From the NCBI GenBank assembly GCA_964200185.2, contig CAXNAD020000056.1, positions 1 to 34,133 of the forward strand: a stretch of DNA of 34,133 nt, written 5' to 3'. Each line of letters begins with the position of its first letter. The first letter of the stretch is position 1. The stretch comes from Choristocarpus tenellus KU-1152. Its lineage: Eukaryota; Protista; Phaeophyceae. The notes beneath the pieces are model-generated. The model was given only the letters and a program-made list of their open reading frames with translations, did not search any database and was not told the origin of the DNA. Positions 10,823 through 23,419 of the stretch are shown in pieces. The position numbers were made by a program, and so were the translations under genes.

Positions 10823-12372
10823 GAACGAGGAGCTTTCAGAGGTGTTACCTGCAGATTCTGAAAAGAACACCACAAAATGCCTAACGGCAATAGGTTTTTA
10901 TTTGTTGGAAGGCATCCCTACAGTTGTAGGAAAAAAAATGTTGTCAATTACATTGATATTGGAGAAGGTGTACCAGGTAGACGTTCGTATCCAACTCTGG
11001 AAGTTTTTCCAGACCTGCATAGTATACGGTAAACGGAAGCGTATGGATCACCCCCTCCTATAAAGGGAAGTACTACTGAAGTAGGGACTGAGTTTGAGAG
11101 CAACGTGATCAAAAGCAATCAGATTCTGGTATTTCTACGGGGCATGGACGGTCCTCCCATTTTCCACGAGAAATCCAACGGTCAACATCCCAAACGCTTA
11201 TTCCTCCTGCGTAAGATCTTTCTATCATCCGGAATAATCAGCCTTAGAAAAAATGTAGCACCTTCTTCGAATGATGTTCATAGTGGTCCTTGCTTCTGAA
11301 GCTGATACTACACTCAGCCATCCATGCTGGTATGGAGGCATACTCAATCATGGACAAGAGGGGCAGGGAAGTTGAGAAGATTCGCCCCTGGTCAAGACGG
11401 ATTCTTTGATGTCTGCATGCACTGTTGCAAGTGGGTAGATAGACATCACCACCTTCCCCTGGCCATGAACCGTATTACCTGCAGTAAGTTCATCATTGCA
11501 GGATGGCTGCATCATTCGCCTATCAATTAGTATCGTAAACCAGGCCATGCCCGAGCTCAGGCGTTTTGGCTAGCAAGTTGGTCTGAAGTATGCCTAACGC
11601 AACCACATCCCCTAACAGAGGCAGAGATTGAGACCCGATTTTTATATCCATCATGAGGGATCTGGAAGGTGCCATGGATATTCAGCAGAAGAACAAGCAA
11701 ACATTAGGATGGTTCGGAATTCTTGATACCGATGCAAGCACCATGGCAGAGTTCCAGGCCTATGCACACAAGTAGGGAAAGATTTCCTGTACCGTGACAC
11801 TTTCAACAGAGTATACACTCCAGTATATGCTTAAGTCCATCAGCAGCTTATGGAGAGGTTTCTCTCCAAGTTCAAGACATGCACTACGTCAACTGACAAA
11901 CCAGAGCTTGATTTTGAGTGTACTGTGGAGTGCAAGGCTGCATGCTGTCGAAAAATGCGTGCAAGTGGTGTGTCTCTCCAATGCAAATTCGTCAGGGTGC
12001 GAAACCCGTCCACCTCATTACTCAAAAGGCAAATGAGACAAAGGCAGAGGTATCCCGATGTTTGACGCATAGACTACCAAATTTTCGACAAAAACGAAAG
12101 TGAGTACATAATCCAGAGCAGCGGATGGATGTTGTGTTAGGCGATAAGTGTGTACAGAATCTAAAGTTGGTACCACTACAAGTGCTGCCAATTTTATCTC
12201 CACAATCAGTAGAGTCCATAGATACCTGAGTGCAGGTCCTGATCTTTTTTTTATTTTGTTGAGAGTGTACCATTTCATTTGATCAAGGAGGTAGTAATTT
12301 GAGGTGGTGAGCACTTCAGCAAACATTAGATTTAGGGGTTCTGTGTATTATTTGATCTTTATTTCCATGGTT

Positions 12373-13560
12373 TCAAGGAATTTCTCGCAAAGTGTGGAAT
12401 TTGGGAGACCCACAAATCCGTCCAAGCATCCCCACCCCATGCATGCATGCCCTTTTAATATTCAAATATCCTGAAGGACATCCTCCGTCCACTATGATGG
12501 ATACTGGTATAGAATTTATTTGCGCAATATGTAAACTATCTCCAACCTTCCTGTGGTATGAGATGAGTGCCGTTCCTATCATCATTGATTGAAGGGATGA
12601 GTCACAGTTCTCATTGCTAAAACACTGTAAAATAGGTGATTACAACAGACTTGCAGAGTAGTGGACAGTCGCCTTTTTTATTATATTCAGTTTCAGTCAC
12701 TGTTACAAAGTATGTAATACCTAGAGATGATATTGATGGAAAACAGGACATATCCCTCCAATTCAACATTGGCAATACTATGATTAGGAACAGACCCTAA
12801 CATAAGAAGAAAAACGAAAAATGAAATTGAGGAAAGAGTGGAAAAAAAATATTCCAAAAAATCTACAAAACATTGAAACTTGAGAAATAAGTGGGGGTTC
12901 GTAAGGGCGAGGTCAGTCCCCTCATAGCATGTGCGCAAGCAGCAGAGAGGCAAGAGGTGTGAGAACAAGTGTGTGTGTGTAGCACAATATGTGTAGCTAT
13001 GAAAAATGAGGGAGAGAGAGTCAATGGCAGGGTCGTTGAAGTAGTTGTGGGGTGAGTACCCTTTTGTTCAATGATACAAAGGCACCAAAATTTCGCAATG
13101 GACAATATCAAGACCCTGCCACTCATTCTCAGCTCTCTGCAACTCTCCGTTGTTACTCGCCGTAGGATGTACCAGTGATTACACACCCACCTCGTATCTT
13201 GGGCATACTAGGTGTACAGCTACTACTCTATTCAAGTACACATAAAATGAAATATACAGTACAAGGGGGTACTATTGATAGAGCACGTAAGGCACGTGAT
13301 AGCAGACAAGATGAAACAAGAAGTGATGAATGTGTAGTCAGCCCAAGGCAGGGGAAATCAACGTAGGTGTGAGGCATGCACTGTTGGCACAAGCACATAT
13401 AAAACGATTGGAGCCAGTATACATGACATCAATACATGAAGCATGAAACCAAGTATATACACAACCAGAAGGAGTCACTAATGGTGATGAGCTTTAGAGC
13501 CAGTTCAAGCTGGTCCAATTCACGAGGTGTTGGGTTTTTGTAACCAAAGTCATTGGTACA
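12373..13560 (-). mobile_element. Possible Gypsy-type remnant (LTR, PBS-like site, protease-like motif)
   Basis: On the minus strand, TGTACC starts at 13560 and ...TAATCA-c-TGGTACATCC occurs at about 13180-13165, resembling an LTR end plus PBS. Downstream, AQINSIPVSIIVDGGC resembles a retropepsin active-site context. No partner LTR is visible. Confidence 0.3.
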
Positions 13561-13759
13561 AAAGATTCAGTCACTCGCACCCACAGAAACAAAGTATCAT
13601 ACCTGTAAACCCAGACAAACATCACACACTATAGCAAAATCCCTTAATAACAGTCATGTTCAGCAGGAATTATCAAGTGTGGTTGACAAGATCAGTTGCT
13701 TCAGATGAATGAAGTAACAGGCGAAGACCTCGGTGATGGATGTTATTGATTATGTAGTA

Positions 13760-15375
13760 CTACCTCCGTGCCGTAAGTCTGCGCTGTGTTGTCCATAACT
13801 TTTGAAGATATTGATGAAATTCATTTCTGAAAGATTTGGAATCCTTGACGAATTCTGGTTAGGGTTAGCTCTTTTTATTATTTTTACTCCCCATCCTTCA
13901 CAAATCTATCAGCCACAGAAAAAGCCTCCATGTCTACCTTCGGTATGTTTTCAAGCTCTCCAGACAACTGCCTCTTCCTTACCCCTGTGTGCTCCATACT
14001 GAAGTCATTTCCCCCTTTGTATCTAAGTACTTGATTGTACACACCACAAAAAGGAGCTGCCAAGCCCTCTCAAGTGTGGTTTCATCACACTCATACTGTT
14101 TCTTAATGACCTTCACCATCTCCTCAACTGACCCAAACCATTCCCCCATCACCCAACATTTCAACGACCTGAAGAAACACAGGTCAATGATATTGAGGTT
14201 GGGGAAGTTAGATGGCTGCATCACAAGCCTAATCAACCACCCCTCAGTCTTCCCTGCCCCTGACAAGATTTCTGAGTTACCCTTGCCCATGTGGGGGGTG
14301 ACACCGTCTTGCTGAACGATAATGTGCTTCCCCTGCAACCAAGGCATCTTGGTCTTGATTGCAGGCAATAACTCCTCCGTGTACCACTTCCTGTACCACA
14401 AATGGTCTAAAGTACAGTCCTGCACATACGCACCCTCTTTTTTATGGTTCTTGCTTGTCCTGTCTGCCGTTGTTGACACACATTCACATCAAACACCAAG
14501 CTTTCCATCAAAGCTATCGGAGTTGATACACTATATATTGCAGTCATCTTGGGCGGTGTGAGCTCCGAAGGCCACCCACTATGTGCCACCACCCCTCGGT
14601 CAAGCGTGTGGCCACAGGCGAGCTGATCAGATACGTCCTCCCAGAGCCCTCGCATGTAACACTCGGACACTCCAATTTCCGCTGCGAGGGCTGGCACAAC
14701 GTGTCGCGCGAGTTTATGCTCACCAAGGACCACTAGGGCATGCTGCACTGCAAGCGCAACCCTGGTGTCAAGATTATGCTTGACCATTTGCGAGAATAAG
14801 ATTCGAAGTAATAGCTTGTGTACCCACAGACGATGTTGTGGGACATTAGGGATATTTAGGCGGGGTGTTTGACCAGAAGAAATTGGCAGAATGTTAAGAG
14901 TTGGAGTGTTTCTGACATGCGCTAGAAAGCTGTTGAGTCATTTGGTATTCTGAGTCATTTACTGTAGGGTTTGGTGAGCCCCATCTGATGATGGTGCCTC
15001 ACTCTCTTCTCAACTGTGATACAATATTATAACAATAATATAACTGGTTGCGTGGAACAGATTGTCAAGGACAGTTTAACAGCTGGTATTCAGGGAAACT
15101 TGGGCACCCTATGCTAGGGGGGTCAACGGGGGAGGTGCCATGCTGACGTTCTGACCCTCGACATGCCCAGTTCTGGCCTCAAAATCACCCCAAAGAACCC
15201 TTACTTTGACAGCTTGAAGCACCTTGAGTTTGTACCTGATGATCCTCAACCCCCACCTTTTCTGAAAGCTGAGATTGTCAACCCAATTTCATTCTGTGTA
15301 GTTACCGTCCGATTCGACACCGTTCTCACTTGGCAACCCCAGATATTTTGCGGCACAAACTTACAGCAGAGGTAG
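13760..15375 (-). mobile_element. Internally deleted mariner-like DNA transposon (family A) with Stowaway-like TIRs and TA TSD
   Basis: TA|CTACCTCCGTGCCGTAAGTCTGCGCTG at 13758 pairs with CGGCACAAACTTACAGCAGAGGTAG|TA ending at 15377. Transposase pieces are an N-terminus from 14787, FDGKLG, and IVQQDG...QPSNFPNLNIIDLCFF (13979-14479). The first-Asp region is absent. Confidence 0.88.
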
Positions 15376-16360
15376 TATTAAAATAGGATCATGTTATTGT
15401 GTCAAGGAACTCCTTGAAATACATTTTGCTGAGTCAGGTTACACACAGCTGTATGTACTGAGCTCACAGACTTTCCCTCTGTCACCATTCTGGGGAATGC
15501 AAGGCAGGTCAGATGCACAACTGCTTCACAGCAATCCGGACATGTGCTGTATGGTGAACAGAAGAATCCTGGGGATTGCAATATTTTCTGTCTTATCCTA
15601 TCACAGTTGGGGATTGAGGAACACGCTGCATTCAGGGTTACCGCCTTTGGTTGGTCTTGAGTCCAGACCCCTTCATTCGCTTCACTTAGATTCACCTCTT
15701 TGGTGAGTCACCACTCCATCACACAGAACTCAGCCACTCTCCCAATTGTACTTTTAGAACTATTCCAAAAAGGAGCAAGATCAATCATGCTATGATAGTT
15801 GACAGACAGATTGCATTTACTCCTTTGTTGTCTGGAAGGTTTTTGGTTCTCCATCAGCACGACCTATTGCAAGTTTACTTAACATCTTACTCCACCTGCT
15901 CACAAACGATCCTTGGATTTGTGCTATGCGATAGTGAAACACAGCAGAGTTTTCAATTATGAAACACTCTTTCAGTCTTTAGTAATAAAACACACAGTGA
16001 GAATGAGTGATTGTGCTTCTTCACTTTTGTCCTGTCTTGGTAGCGTCTACAACCTACCTTAAGCTGCAATACTGTTTTATAGACTCAGTCAGAGCACTGA
16101 GGGTTGGAAGGCAATGACTTATCCCTCTACCATCATGACAGCCCTGCATGGCCTCGAAATTGTCTATCATGTGATACAATGCATCACATTTTGTAGATCC
16201 ACTATAGCAACATCAGTAACACATTGAAGTTCAAGGAAACTGTCTCCTCACCAGCTGTTTGTGCGGATGTGCATAGGATGGTTACTGACAGAAAAATATG
16301 AAGATTACCACCTCTAGATATGGTTGACCCAATGTCAGCATATATACTTGAAACATTGAA

Positions 16361-19300
16361 TTATGGGACTAATAATCGTTCCACATCTTCTGATCCTTTA
16401 CCATGTCCAGCAGGATTTCCTAATGCACCACTCTTCCAATCCCATCTTCCTGCTGCAGCACGACCCAGGTCAGCAAACATGTCATCTGGCAAGCTGGAGA
16501 GGAGACACATAGGCATCAATCTCAGTATTTCAGTTACAGAAGAATGAAGGAAGGAGGTTGACAAAAAATCCAAATTCTTTTCTGGAGTGAGGTTCGTGTT
16601 GGAAGGAAGGAAAACCACTGTACACAAATAAATACTTTCAAGTACAAGGTAGCCTAAGAGGACTGACTCATCATTTATATTTTGCTTTCATAAGGCAAAT
16701 GTCCACCAACCCTTCACCAGGCACTGAAAATCCTCATCCTGACTCTTACCTACTCTCCAAGAAAGCTTGATACAAAGGTCGAAGCGCCATCCCATGGTCC
16801 CCAGATCCAAGGTAGTCCTGTGTAGAAGAGTATGGACAAAAAATAAGGTTATATGTCTATAACAAGCACCACCTGTAACTTGTGAATTAAGATGGTGCCG
16901 TGGCACAAAATGATGGCTATGAATGTGAAGGGCATGTAAAAAAGCACAAACTGCAAGTATCCTTCCAAGTTGGTTGCAGGAGCAGTCCCATCAATATAAC
17001 TTTTCACAAACAAAAACAATAATGATATTACATATGCATGTGTGATCCATGCTACACAATCTTCACAATAAGAGACTGCTTTAGTCCTATGGATAGGTCA
17101 TATTTCGCGCATCAACTGAGGTATTTCTGGAAGCTATATAACTCAGCATGACAAGATGATCCAAAAATATATATGGACTTTTTCTGGAGTGGTATCGATT
17201 TGAACAGTCGGCTATTTCTGCGTGTTATTAACCAATCAATAAATACTCTGAAATCAGATTTGAGCTGGTGTTGAGATCGAGCTCAACCACACATACACCA
17301 ATTTTTACTAGGAGAAGTGATATTTTAAAAGATAGGCAAAGATAAAGGTCAAACACAATCCCTGTTGAGGTCATCAACAGGTCATTCCAATAGGTTCGAT
17401 GTGAGAAGCTGGACCACAAATATTTGTTTCAAGACTTGCATTGAACAGATAAACTAAAAATATAAAATGTCGTCTTCCCTGATTTCTCAGGAACACCTAG
17501 ATCTCAACAAGAAAAAGAGATCCAAACTTCCCCTTGGAAAAACAGCTCCGGGCCACTCTGAGTTGACCTGTAGCAGTTCATATGGCACTCTGAAGCTTGA
17601 GGCAGAACTATGTCATATATCCGTACATCATACCTATGTAGCACAATATTACAAATAGATGCCCCTCATTCTCCAATTTCTTCTTGAATATGAGCTGATT
17701 GGTGTTATACAAATCGATCAAAGTGTTGTCAGATATTTAGGATGGGGGTGCACAATTAGGTCCAAGCTATTAACTTGCAAGGTTTTTCTTGGAACAGTTG
17801 ATATTTTATTTATCCCTCATTCTGTTGCATCAATGCATTTTTTATTCTTGACAAGTGGAACTGCACAACAAACTGAAATTTTGAAAGTTTTGAGTGAAAC
17901 AAAGTAAAATGCACTAATCTGAAAAAACCAGTGAATTAACACTTTGGAGCTCCTGAGGTCCTGAGTGAAGTATCACATCACAATTATGATGGTATCATCT
18001 GACTGACCGTTATCCTAGGCTCCTTTAGGCGAGATACTTGAGGGGGGTGAAATTTAAGACTGAAAATTGCACCTTGTTCCACACACCCCTTCCCAGAGTC
18101 AATTCCATTCAACAAGATGCCAATTTGGGAGAAATTTGGACAATAACATGGTCCCCAATGTCTCATTATATTAAACCTTGATGTGTCAACAACTTGCATG
18201 TTTCCTGCGATTGGTCTGAAGAAGTTATCTACCTCCCATTCAAGAGCAAGTGGCAATATGCTTCTATTAACTTCAAACTGTACAGGGAGACCCCCATGAC
18301 CCCAGGTCCAATTTTGATTCATACTTCCCAAAAATCAGTGCTGGTGTACTGATGTCCTAGGAAAATAAATCATAGGCCATTAGATTCAACACTCTGGGAC
18401 TTTTTGAATTGGAATGCAAGACACAATGTCACACCAATGTTGTTACTGCCGTGGCATTAACATTTATTTGAGTTTTGAGTGCAACCAGTCTGTATTGTAA
18501 ATAACAAATGGTGTCTGTTCTAAGGCACTTTCACGCACAGAAGAGAGTCAAACAAAGCGTTAAAAAGTGTGAACTGAACTAATTTAATTGAATTAACCTG
18601 TCTAAATAACTATTAATCAAGGATGTTAACAAAACCTTTCAATTAATCTATTTCTTGCATGTCTGCACACTGCACGACCAGTTCACATAAAGCTTCCTCA
18701 ATACTACATTGTGGTACTTGAGGTTTTCTGCACCTCACCACCTCACCTTGTGCATTGCGATTCAATCAAGTACACAAAAATATTTTGAGTCAACTTAACT
18801 GACAGATACAAACTCTTTGGTTCAGAAGAGTGCTGAGAACGATAAGTTGAAGTTTTCCTCAGTGATCTCATCCAGAGTATTTCGGGGGGGGGGGAATTTC
18901 AGGAAAATATTTCTTGGACCACTTTGCCCCAAAAAAAAATGAGGTCCAGGCTAGTGCAACCTAACATAGAAAGTTGATATGGAATGCCTCTTGTATTTGG
19001 TTTACTCATTGGACAGGCCCACAAAATGTCAGAGGTATAACCAGTGTAACCTTCTCTAGCAGGTCACCTAGCTAGACTTTAATTTCCTTTCACAATTGTA
19101 GTAGGTTGAAATAGAGTGGAACCCTTTCACCTTTCTCAATTATGTAAGTTTCACAGTTGCTCTTTTCCTCAATACACAGGCTTGATTTGGCATCATTTAG
19201 GTCAGAATTGTGATAACAAATCAATCACCATTAAGGTAATTCTCCCTCAAGAAAACACATGCTCAATGCTGTATCCTCAACCAAAGGACTTTGGTTGCTA

Positions 19301-22300
19301 GGTTACCACACAAAAATACTGAGGTGAGTTTAATAGATAATAAGGTGGCAAGTTATTTTTGGTGAGTCAACACACTTGTCAACACCCTGCACTTTCTTTC
19401 AAGTCAGACAAAAAAAATGGGCAAATCAGTTCGGTTTTGCAACTTCAGCGGTACATCACTATGGGGCTAACAGATAAACATAAATTGTTTTGAGTCATAG
19501 GACATGGGATTCAACTGCGCAGCATGAGAAAAATGCACCTAGCTACCCCTTCCCAGAGGTTACTTTTTGGATTACTATATTTATGTACACATATACATGT
19601 ATCTGTTCTGCTTCATACTGATCAAAAATATTGACCATACCGCAAATATATGGGCGTATGTCTCAATCATGCATTTAAAATACTCTAATGAAGTGTTGGT
19701 AAGACAAATCAAATGATACACAGTTTTACACAAGTGTGCGCCTTAACCAAAGACCAAGAAAGAGAAAAAGGACTAGTAGATGTGTTGCTGCCAACAGACT
19801 CAAGATAAGAACAGCAAATTATACCTATGCATGGAACAAGAGGGCAATGATCAACATCACCACCTAATGTGAATAACTCCCACGCCACTATCCACAAGTG
19901 TTGTAGGTAGGACTTGCCTTGTAAGAAAAAGCATGCTGATGCGCAACGGCTGCTAACAGCATCTCAACACAGATAAGCCAGTCCTGGAGGCCATGCCCAA
20001 TGTTGTCCTTGGTCCATTCCTCGCTAACATCCTGGATCCAACCCAATGACAAGAGCATTGATATCATAAGACCTTGCCACCAGGTGAAGAAGATCACCAT
20101 CTTGACACACAGAAATTTCCCCACAGGGCGCCATGGGGCCAGATCATCCCTTCAAAAAAAACAGGAAATGTGCAAGGGTTTGTCAAACTCCACACTCCAA
20201 GAGACTTCTGCTTACTTACTATGTCAAATAATGATACAAGGAATGGCAACTACCTAGTCCATGAAAGAGGGAATAGCCACATTATATTTTCCGCAACTCT
20301 CTAAGTTTTGGAAAAAAATTATGTGACATGCTCAAGCTTTGAAAGATCTTGTAAGCATGACTAGACAACCTTGTGGAGCAAAAAATCAACATATGAGAAT
20401 GACAACTCAAATTTATTGTTACAGCAAACAGAAGCATCATACAAATATAATTGTTTAATTAATTCAAGTGATTGCCAGAAGTAATAGAACCCATGCACAC
20501 TGTACTCTACAGTTGCGCAAATTTGAAGTGAATTTACAACAACCTAAAAAGAACTGGGTCTGTTCTGTAAACCAAGCAGAAAAAACTCAGTGAGGCTTTG
20601 ACAGGAACAGAATATTCTCTGTTTGATAACCCAATGATGAGTCCCACCTACTGCCTTCCCCAACTCTGATATTGCCTCTCTTTCATCCATCCGGACAGCA
20701 AGGTTTGAACAAACATGAACTTGAGATCTTGTGGGATGATTTACATCATGTTGACTTCAAATCATTACCAATCATATTGAGATGTGTGACTACATCACGG
20801 GAGCAATTAGCAACAGGTACACAAGCAATAAAGATAGTACCTAAGGACAACACATACCCAGAAAACTATCAAGAGAATAATATTGTGCTAAACAAAAGTC
20901 CTTGCATATACATACACTTGTTAACTCACCTCACCTTCAAAATTCAGAAGGCCGTATCTCTCTTTTCATACAATGTAACACGTTTCCATTAAGATAAAAT
21001 GCACAGGAAGGCAAGTATATCATATATTCTATCTTGGAATTTTTCAGGAGATTGGTAAGGGTTTGGTTTAATATTTCAATGTCTGAACCATAACAACAAT
21101 CAAGTGTATATGAGTACCTGTCCAATCTATGTGAGACTCACTTTGTAGCATAGTAAAACTTCACCAGGGCATAAAGAGCCCATGTTTGGCTCATGTTTTC
21201 CACGAAGACGATGTAAACGTAGCCCTGTTTCCAGGAGAAGATCTCACTCCCATACAAGCCCCTCATCTCTAGGGTCACCTTTGTAACACAATTCAGAAGC
21301 ATCAACCAGGTAGGGGTTCATTCACCCTGAAAGAGAAGGAATCATGAAAATCCTAGCACATCAATAGAATGCAGCCTAGCACAAAGTATTTTATCTCAAG
21401 AAAGTTATTGCATCAATTTATACACTTGAAATACCATATACATCAGGGTCATACACAGTACAGTGTCAAATATTGCCTACCATCAATTGTTGAAAAAATG
21501 CTAAACTATTCATATCAAAGAGTTGAAAGTCAACATTTCAACAAGTATACAACTAAAAGGACCACTACAGTATCAAATTACAAATGTATTTCAAACTGGT
21601 GGCCACTGTGGAGATGGCATTGGACAGAGTGTTTTGGAGAAAGTCTCAGATTAAGGACAGAATACTTCTGCAATTGCTGACTTGACACCTTGGATCAAAT
21701 TCAACACCTACAATAGGTTATAAAAAATACCATGTCAAAAGTCTCAAACACTAGAGAGGTGTTCTAAAATTGTGACAGATTTCCTCGCTTGATTAGAAAC
21801 GGGCCCATTCGTAAACAATTTCAACCTGATGATGAGGTATTTTACATAATGGTCTTTTCACATAGAAATATCACACTTAGTTGCAACTTTGATCTTGCAG
21901 TAGATGGAGGTTCCTAGATACTGCCTACCTTGGTGAGTGCAGCTATGTTCTTCACTGCAACATATTGAAGAACTCCCAGCTTGGCATGGTCAAGAAAACG
22001 ATGCCCCATTGGCCACGGGTTCACACAGTAATTCACTGGCCAGAAATGGCTGCCAATAGAAGGGTTCTTTGACCTGAGCACCTCTCCAAGGTGCTCTTCA
22101 TTCCCAAGAAGTCCCAAGAGAAAGTACATGAAGGAGAATATCACGTACGCTTCGTAACTGTGACAGTGGAAGAGCAGATACCCCGGAAAAATAACCACAG
22201 AGCGAATGTAAGGCCATGAATAATTTCTAAAGTATACTTTATGGGTATACTTATATAATCAAGATATATGACACGCTTCCTACACTCTCACAAACCTCCA

Positions 22301-22960
22301 AAATGTAAGAGTCCACCTTGCACTGAAAACAGGAACAATAATGTCCGCGGAACTGGTACCAAGACAAAAAATCTCTACGTCATAATGTGACTCGTCTCAC
22401 CATTCTCTCAGGGTAGAAATGTAGAAACCCATCTCCTTGAAGCGGAGTGCAAGCCAGGACTCCACCGCATAAATTGGTACCATCCACAATATCCTGACAA
22501 CGTAACTAGTTCCGGGTGGCAGAAAAAAGAGTTGACAAACCACCACTTAACATACGGGCACGAAATTGGCACCATGATAGGCGAAATGAGGTCAAGATAG
22601 CGATTTCAGCAACTATACTGCACAAAAGAGTGCCCAGCCAGTTTGTCAGAAGCACGTAATTCATTGCAGAGACTGGATAATAGGGAGTTATGCAGTCCGT
22701 AGAAAAGAACGAAGTATTTAAAGGAAAGTCGAGATGACTCACCGCTGAACATGCGGCATATGCCAGTGACTGAGATGCATGTAAATTTCCCTCATTGTAA
22801 TTGGGAAGCATAGCAACACGCAGGCACCCCCACTGAACCATGCGACGTAGTGCTTTTGCTCGCCATTACGCAAAAGGTCCCAACTGTATAGTGGGATTGC
22901 CACAAGCAGCGCCATCCAAGTGAATGAGATAAGCAAAGTGGAGAGTGCGATTCTCCTCAT
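16361..22960 (-). CDS. TMEM184: TMEM184 / organic solute transporter OST-alpha family membrane protein (TMEM184C-like, about 373 aa, 7 coding exons)
   Basis: complement(join(16361..16493,16750..16817,19918..20149,21142..21278,21929..22157,22401..22505,22743..22960)) = 1122 nt, phases compatible. Motifs include VRILWMVPIYAVESWLALRF, LRECYEAYVIFSF, GVLQY, SQTWALYALVKFY, KFLCVKMVIFFTWWQG and LQDWLICVEM...HAFSYKDY. The end of the last exon is slightly uncertain (possible donor near 16400). Confidence 0.92.
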
Positions 22961-22970
22961 GGCGCAGGAT

Positions 22971-23000
22971 AAACAAAATGTCACAAAATGTCACAAAATG
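22971..23000. repeat. 3 x 10-bp tandem repeat (tcacaaaatg) just upstream of the TMEM184 ATG
   Basis: aaacaaaatg tcacaaaatg tcacaaaatg. Confidence 0.85.
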
Positions 23001-23419
23001 TGCATTCGATATGGCGTATCACCCCAGGCCTTGTTGGTCCCAGTGCCCTCTCCTCATCCCTCAGTCTCACGATCCCTATCCTCTTCCCTTTTCAACCACG
23101 ACCCCTTTCCCTGTATCCAAGTCTCCAAATAATTCTGTGTCCCACTCAACCTTTTCCCCTCTCCCTTCTTCCTTCTCCCTCCCCCCTCTCTTAAAAACTT
23201 CTGTGTGTGTAGTTGCAATGGTGAAACTCTACTGACTTTCTACGAACTTGCTTCTTCCACCAAATATGTTTTGGATATTTCTTTTTGGTAACACCCTGCA
23301 CTTTGTCACTTAATCTCTCAAAATCTTCATACTTAAATAAAAGAACAACCATGGTCTCTTACTCTTCGCCGACCTTTCGTTGAATACTATATTTATTATT
23401 TTGTTCAATGATATATATT

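Noticed and set aside
10823-10873. ORF-track start at 10873 for CDC20
   Set aside because: It is a GTG. The first in-frame ATG is 10822. An upstream exon via the ttttcag near 10859 cannot be excluded but is unsupported.
15402-15695. Cys-rich 97-aa minus-strand ORF as a further TMEM184 exon or separate gene
   Set aside because: No recognisable motif, and TMEM184 already has a stop at 16361; probably 3' UTR or intergenic.
17467-18331. KLPLGKTAPGHSELT resembling the LINE RT GKAPGxDG motif inside the long TMEM184 intron
   Set aside because: It is a single degenerate motif, and no downstream RT motifs could be recovered.
6263-22960. CDC20 and TMEM184 as a functional cluster or novel system
   Set aside because: They are ordinary housekeeping neighbours separated by 5.5 kb of mostly TE debris, with no evidence of functional linkage.
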